64,000 bases of DNA from a virus (lineage: Duplodnaviria; Caudoviricetes). Both the position numbers and the translations under genes were made by a program. Below are positions 60,894 through 64,000 of the stretch, in pieces (position 1 is the first letter of the stretch; each line of letters begins with the position of its first letter). Under the pieces are notes generated by a model, which searched no databases, had not been told where the DNA came from, and saw only the letters and a program-made list of their open reading frames with translations. The stretch lies in IMG/VR virus record IMGVR_UViG_3300037067_005519, positions 1 to 64,000 of that record. The stretch is one strand, 5' to 3'.

Positions 60894-61781
60894 TTACACG
60901 CCACAGCACTGAGCGTTGCAGCCGACGCGATGGCACCGATCCTCGGACTGCCGCTTGTCGGTAGTGCCAATCGGGCCAAAGAACAGATCGGTCTTGCCAA
61001 ACAGCAAGTCGAGGGCCGTCTTCTCCTTGGACTTCCGCTCCAACATGCGGGCCAGCAGATGGGCGACGGTCTCGGCGGCATCGCACATCGAGTCGTCGTA
61101 ACTCTCCGTGTCCATGTCCTCAAGCCGGTCGATGAACTCACGCACAAAGTCATCGTCCTCGTGGGAGTCGAGAATCGTGATGTGGGACTCGCCGTCGCTG
61201 AACGGCATACGATAGACCCTGGCACCGGCGGCGCAGCATTGCGTGTCCACCACGTAAAGCGAATCGCTGGATTGGTTGATGACGATGAACTCGCCGCTGC
61301 CATCGTCGTCGTACTCGATCGGGATTTCGATGAAGACCAAACGGCCGACGTAGTTGGGCCGGACGGAGAGGCCACCGTAGATTTCGGCGAAGACCGCATT
61401 CTGGGCGGCCGAATATGCGTCACGTCGGGGCGTTGGTTCGTCCAATTTCACCGGCTGATCGCCGTCAAGAGATTGGAGCCGATCGAGATTCTTACGGATG
61501 CCATTCTGGTCGGCGCTGCCCTCTCGGTAGAAATCGGCATCGAGGCGCGAGATACAACGCGACTTCACTTCGTCGATCATCCTGGTGCTGTTGCGCCAAT
61601 TGTGGACCGTGCCAATAAGGCCCGGCCCCTGCAATGCGATAGGCGGATAGGTGATATGCTCCTGGCCGACTTCGATAGGCACGACTTCCACGCAACCGGC
61701 GTAGTGCGCCGTGCAGATGAAATCCTTGGGCGCAAGGCCCTCGTAACGTGACAGGGTGATGATCTTCCCTCGGTAATCCAT
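60894..61781 (-). CDS. Acidic hypothetical protein
   Basis: 295-aa ORF with RBS gagga. Confidence 0.6.
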   Translation of the reverse strand: MDYRGKIITLSRYEGLAPKDFICTAHYAGCVEVVPIEVGQEHITYPPIALQGPGLIGTVHNWRNSTRMIDEVKSRCISRLDADFYREGSADQNGIRKNLDRLQSLDGDQPVKLDEPTPRRDAYSAAQNAVFAEIYGGLSVRPNYVGRLVFIEIPIEYDDDGSGEFIVINQSSDSLYVVDTQCCAAGARVYRMPFSDGESHITILDSHEDDDFVREFIDRLEDMDTESYDDSMCDAAETVAHLLARMLERKSKEKTALDLLFGKTDLFFGPIGTTDKRQSEDRCHRVGCNAQCCGV

Positions 61782-61986
61782 GCTTTCCTCGTGGGTTAGT
61801 ACCCGCGCCCTCGGTTGCGCCGGGGATGAAGCGGGCTGTAAGTATTACGAACGACTGGGGGTTTCTTGAAGGCGAGCATCTCGGCCATTCGATGACTGCA
61901 ACCGTTGCGGCGGCATTCCTCGTAATGGGCCTGGACTTTTTCGTCTTCGCTGACTTTCTCGTACTTGCTCATTGATTACTTGTCCG

Positions 61987-62015
61987 CCGGCCGGGGCCGT
62001 TCAGCCCCGGCCGGC
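61987..62015. terminator. Hairpin terminator
   Basis: gccggccggggc/gccccggccggc stem. Confidence 0.5.
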
Positions 62016-62571
62016 AAAAGACGTTGAACTCAGGTTGTGGTTTCGTACTGGACGCCCAAGGGCACGATCACGGCCACAGTGTCGAGATTGCGAACGCTGA
62101 CCCTTCGACCCTCCGGCGTAGTGCCAGAAAGATATGGGCGACCATTCGGCCCTCCTTCGACGATCTGTAGAACGGTCATGCGCTTCAACCACATACTCGA
62201 TCCACGGCGAACAGCATACAGAACGGTACAACCGACCTTGACCTCGCGGTCAACGCAGTCCACTACTCGCATTCACACTCTCCCTCTACTAAGATGACGT
62301 AATTGGAACCGACATTTCCCCTAGTTTGCCCCGTCCAAAAGACCGTTTCGCTTTCCCAGCGCGTTATAAAGCGCACGGGCGAGCAAATCCCACGCTAGGA
62401 GCCGCTTACGTGGGAAGTCTTTGACCGTTCCCGACTTCCAGGGACGGCCGACGGCATCTCGCAACTCGACTCGGTAATCACCCTGGGTGGGTGTACCTGC
62501 GCCAGTGTTGACGATCTTGCCGGTTGCAATGGTCTTGATCTCACCAGTGACGGCCGAGTGCAATTCGATCT

Positions 62572-63321
62572 TCACGATGAGCATGACCAATCCTCCTTGT
62601 TGCGTTTGAGTCCGTTTTCCTCAGCGATCTTCTCGCAGTAGCCACGGTCGATCTCAAGCAGGGTGCAAGGATTGCCAAGGGCCTTGCAGACTCTCAAGGT
62701 TGTGCCGGTGCCACCGAACGGATCGAGGACCGGATCACCAGGCGGCGTGGTGAACTTGATGCAGCGTTCGACCAGGCCCTCATTCAACTGAGTTGGGTGC
62801 CAGGTTCGGCGCTGCTTGGAGTTGCCAGTAACACGGGTGAAGTCGAACACGTCGCCGGGTACGCGCCCGCGCGGGTCCGCCCGCTTGTCACCGTTCTCCT
62901 GCCGCCAACTGGGAACACGAATGGCATCAGGAAACAGGGGTGCATCGTACCATCGCAGCCGCAAAAGCGGTCGATGGTTGTTCCCCAGATCGTGATGATT
63001 GTGTTGACCGAAGGTGAAGGTCTGAATGCAGTGCTTCGCTTCAACTTCGGTGCAACGAATGCCGAGAATCTCCTTGACGATCACGCCAACATCGAACGTC
63101 CATTTCGAGTTGTAGCTGAACCATACGGTTCTGGCTCTCAGGATGAACGTGTTGAGCCATTTGCGGAGCAACTCCACGTACACCTGGTCAGGGTGTTTAT
63201 CCTTGTAGCTCGAATACCCAAGGCCAATGTTATCTGGGGGATCGGCGAAGATCGTTGTCCACTTGGGTATTCGATCTTTGAGGTAGTCAAGACAGTCCGT
63301 GTTAATCAGTTGATGCTTCAT
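62572..63321 (-). CDS. N4/N6 DNA methyltransferase (beta class)
   Basis: IFADPPD (motif IV variant), HPTQ, VLDPFGGTGTT (motif I). Confidence 0.9.
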   Translation of the reverse strand: MKHQLINTDCLDYLKDRIPKWTTIFADPPDNIGLGYSSYKDKHPDQVYVELLRKWLNTFILRARTVWFSYNSKWTFDVGVIVKEILGIRCTEVEAKHCIQTFTFGQHNHHDLGNNHRPLLRLRWYDAPLFPDAIRVPSWRQENGDKRADPRGRVPGDVFDFTRVTGNSKQRRTWHPTQLNEGLVERCIKFTTPPGDPVLDPFGGTGTTLRVCKALGNPCTLLEIDRGYCEKIAEENGLKRNKEDWSCSS

Positions 63322-63836
63322 AGATCGCGGACCTTGATGTAAAGACTGCCTGGCGATTCATGGATGTGTGCGGAATTTATCCTGCCTGACTGTTCGAGGA
63401 TGTCGGCCACATACTCTGAACAGAAGATGCCCCTGACCTCGCGGCCTTTCCACCAGCCACGTAGCATATATGGGCGTCCTAACTGCGATTCGGCATACCG
63501 CTTCATCGCTGATAGTTCGCGGCTACTGTATGGGATTCGTGGCTCAAGGATGAACCATGACATCTCATGCCGTTGGCTCTTCTTTTCCAGGAGCCGCAGG
63601 TACTCAGGAAGCGCCGTCCGACAAACGCGAGGCGGTGTGGCCTCGTAGACCCACGGCTCACCATTGTCGTAGAGGATGATTGCGGCGTGAGTCAGTGTGC
63701 TGTCGGTATGCCTTGAGATGAGATTCGTGAACGGACCTCCTTGGATGAAGATCACTGAACCGTCTCTTGGCGTAATGGCGTGAGTCTGGCTGCAACCCAC
63801 AAGACAGATGAAGGTTGCGAGAATCATTCTGCACAT
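63318..63836 (-). CDS. Permuted papain-like amidase (YiiX/YebB-type NlpC/P60), lipoprotein
   Basis: LVGC lipobox; THAAII...VYEA; QLGRPY; FCSEYV (His precedes Cys). Confidence 0.8.
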   Translation of the reverse strand: MCRMILATFICLVGCSQTHAITPRDGSVIFIQGGPFTNLISRHTDSTLTHAAIILYDNGEPWVYEATPPRVCRTALPEYLRLLEKKSQRHEMSWFILEPRIPYSSRELSAMKRYAESQLGRPYMLRGWWKGREVRGIFCSEYVADILEQSGRINSAHIHESPGSLYIKVRDL

Positions 63837-64000
63837 GGATCGGGAACCTCCTTCAAGTCCCAGCCTTCGTATTCATAATCACGATGCAACTGCAAGATGG
63901 CTCGAACGCACTGAGCGTTCCCTGAGCGAGCCATTCTCAGGGTGAAGCTATGGGCCTCGTCCTCCATGTAGCATTGGTATTCATCAAGGATCGTGAACAG

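Noticed and set aside
6800-64000. Numerous + strand ORFs antisense to the - strand operons
   Set aside because: Typical high-GC antisense shadows of genes that have clear motifs on the - strand

Overview
This window looks like part of a large, probably temperate bacteriophage or prophage-like element with a Planctomycetota host. The host call rests on a Planctomycete-type tyrosine integrase, two small Planctomycete-type membrane proteins and csrA. No virion, terminase or replicase genes are visible. There are three zones. (1) 1-6.7 kb: a + strand array of small, often acidic or Zn-finger genes separated by a conserved TAGCAGACTC-(CACAAC)n-RBS element, flanked by low-complexity repeats and a GATC/CCWGG repeat block. 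(2) 6.8-25.6 kb: about 50 small - strand 'early/host-takeover' genes, including an Ocr-like protein, DUF932 and an internally deleted ComM-like protein. They are driven by nine near-identical sigma70 promoters carrying a palindromic ACAATG-N6-CAT(T/A)GT box, in DNA that appears depleted of CCWGG. (3) 25.6-64 kb: auxiliary genes, including truncated TyrRS, ThyX, an ECF sigma-NUMOD1 fusion, CsrA, integrase/Xis beside tRNA-Gln, Nudix, HNH, SPFH, NDK, a DEDD exonuclease and a DNA MTase. This zone also has three canonical tRNAs and three non-canonical tRNA-shaped RNAs: one circularly permuted (YrlA-like) and two with large inserts directly behind real tRNAs. The best candidates for undescribed systems are the tRNA-mimic set plus the anticodon-domain-less TyrRS, and the two repeat-delimited early-gene cassette systems. 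All family calls are from motif recognition by eye, with no database searches.
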